Origin: Phallusia mammillata
Taxonomy: Eukaryota
Assembly: GCA_965637545.1 (NCBI GenBank)
Contig: OZ281496.1
Location: 16,368,001-16,432,000 of the forward strand
Direction of reading: 5' to 3'
Length of the DNA: 64,000 nucleotides
Under the pieces are notes generated by a model. That model was not told where the DNA came from and did no database searches. It saw nothing but the letters and a program-made list of their open reading frames with translations. Below are positions 62,274 through 64,000 of the stretch, piece by piece (the first letter of the stretch is position 1; the number at the start of each line of letters is the position of its first letter). Made by a program: the position numbers and the translations under genes.

Positions 62274-64000
62274 CCCAGCAGGCACTCGACGTCTTTTTCA
62301 CGTATGTTTTTTAGTTGATTTTAGGTCGAGACGTCAAATCAACGTCATCTATCAAAATGTTCCATATTTCGACGGGAAAAAAACGTTGAGAAATGGTTTA
62401 AATCCCAACGTACATTTCATTAACGTTTTTTAAACGTCGTATGGACGTCGATTACCTAACGTTGAATTTAGGTCATTACTTTAACGTGCAATTAACGTTG
62501 AATTAAAGTAAAAAGCTGGACGTAGAATTAAAGTCTTTACTTCAACGTCTAAATAACGTTGAATTAAAGTAAAAAGCTAGACGTAGAATTAAAGTCTTTA
62601 CTTCAACGACTAAATAACGTTGAATTGATGTAAAAAGCTGGACGTAGAATTAAAGTCTTTACTTCAACGTCTAAATCACGTTGAATTGATGTAAAAAGCT
62701 GGACGTAGAATTAAAGTCTTTACTTCAACGACTAAAGAACGTTGAATTGATGTAAAAAGCTGGACGTAGAATTAAAGTCTTTACTTCAACGACTAAATAA
62801 CGTTGAATTGAAGTAAAAAGCTAGACGTAGAATTAAAGTCTTTACTTCAACGACTAAATAACGTTGAATTGAAGTAAAAAGCTGGACGTAGAATTAAAGT
62901 CTTTACTTCAACGTCTAAATAACGTTGAAATGAAGTAAAAAGCTGGACGTAGAATTAAAGTCTTTACTTCAACGACTAAAGAACGTTGAATTGATGTAAA
63001 AAGCTGGACGTAGAATTAAAGTCTTTACTTCAACGTTTAAATAACATTGAAATGAAGTAAAAAACCAGACGTAGAATTAAAGTCTTTGCTTCAACGTCTA
63101 AATAACGTTGAAAAAAAATAAAAAATTAGACGTGAAAATAAAGTCTTTACTTCAACGTCTAAATACCGTTGAAATGAAGTAAAAAACTAGACGTAGAATT
63201 AAAGTCTTTGCTTCAACGTCTAAATAACGTTGAAAAAAAATAAAAAATTAGACGTGAAAATAAAGTCTTTACTTCAACGTCTAAATACCGTTGAAATGAA
63301 GTAAAAAACCAGACGTAGAATTAAAGTCTTTACTTCAACGTTTAAATAACGTTGAAATGAAGTAAAAAAACAGACGTAGAATTAAAGTCTTTACTTCAAC
63401 GTTTAAATAACGTTGAAATGAAGTAAAAAATTAGACGTGAAAATAAAGTCTTTACTTCAACGTCTAAATAACGTTAAATTAAAGCAAAACATTAGACGTA
63501 GAATTGTAGTCTTTACTTCAACGACTAGATAACGTTGAATTGAAGTAAAAAGCTGGACGTAGAATTAGAGTCTTTACTTCAACGTCTAAATAACGTTGAA
63601 AAAAAATAAAAAATTAGACGTGAAAATAAAGTCTTTACTTCAACGTCTAAATACCGTTGAATTGAAGTAAAAAACCAGACGTAGAATTAAAGTCTTTACT
63701 TCAACGTTTAAATAACGTTGAAATGAAGTAAAAAATTAGACGTGAAAATAAAGTCTTTACTTCAACGTCTAAATAACGTTGAATTAAAGTAAAAAACTGG
63801 ACGCAGAATTAAAGGCTTTACTTCAACGTCTGTCGTTACTTCAACGTCTGAATAACGATAAATTAAAGTAGAAAAACTGGACATTGAAATAAAGTTTCAC
63901 TACATTTTATGACATAAAATAGAGCTCAAAACAGTCGGAGAATTAAAGTTGGCATGTAATAATATAGATTACGTACGTTCTAACTCAAACGTACAAGAAC
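62274..64000 (+). mobile_element. CMC/EnSpm-like element left end, extending beyond the window
   Basis: cccagcaggcactcgacgtc terminus followed by acgt-rich subterminal sequence and the tandem array. No right TIR in the window. Confidence 0.5.
62490..63850. repeat. 61-62-bp tandem array (~22 units), each with an internal dyad
   Basis: Unit gacgtagaattaaagtctttacttcaacgtctaaataacgttgaattgaagtaaaaagctg; period 61 (e.g. 62641 to 62702). Contains ttcaacgt-N7-acgttgaa. Confidence 0.97.

Noticed and set aside
60800-62300. CRESS Rep gene or stem-loop origin beside the capsid-like ORF
   Set aside because: No NANTATTAC stem-loop, HUH motif or Walker A motif found by eye on either strand.
62490-63850. 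CRISPR-like array (palindromic repeats at a regular period)
   Set aside because: The sequence between dyads is itself repeated with no unique spacers; eukaryotic context and no cas genes.

Overview
AT-rich eukaryotic DNA with short spliceosomal introns (marine invertebrate; an ascidian is plausible but this is inference). It is mostly nested, decaying transposons. DNA transposons: several hAT lineages and MITEs, MULEs, CMC/EnSpm-like ends, a Sola1 element, a KDZ-type transposase remnant and an intact pogo-like DD35D element with a PHD finger. Retroelements: an L2/CR1-group LINE, Penelope-like elements and a Ty3/Gypsy pol. The Gypsy pol is interrupted by the pogo element and by a small LTR element with a tRNA-Trp PBS. 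The only clearly host-type gene is a multi-exon CUB-CUB-ZP-TM gene, probably a pseudogene, whose 5' part is present twice as a ~4 kb inverted duplication around a 180-N gap. Most unexpected is a ~334-codon intronless ORF (61116-62120, one internal stop) that reads like a CRESS-DNA-virus single jelly-roll capsid. It lies between KDZ and MADF remnants and a 61-bp dyad-symmetric tandem array. No rRNA, tRNA or CRISPR array was found. All protein family calls come from motif recognition by eye, not database searches.
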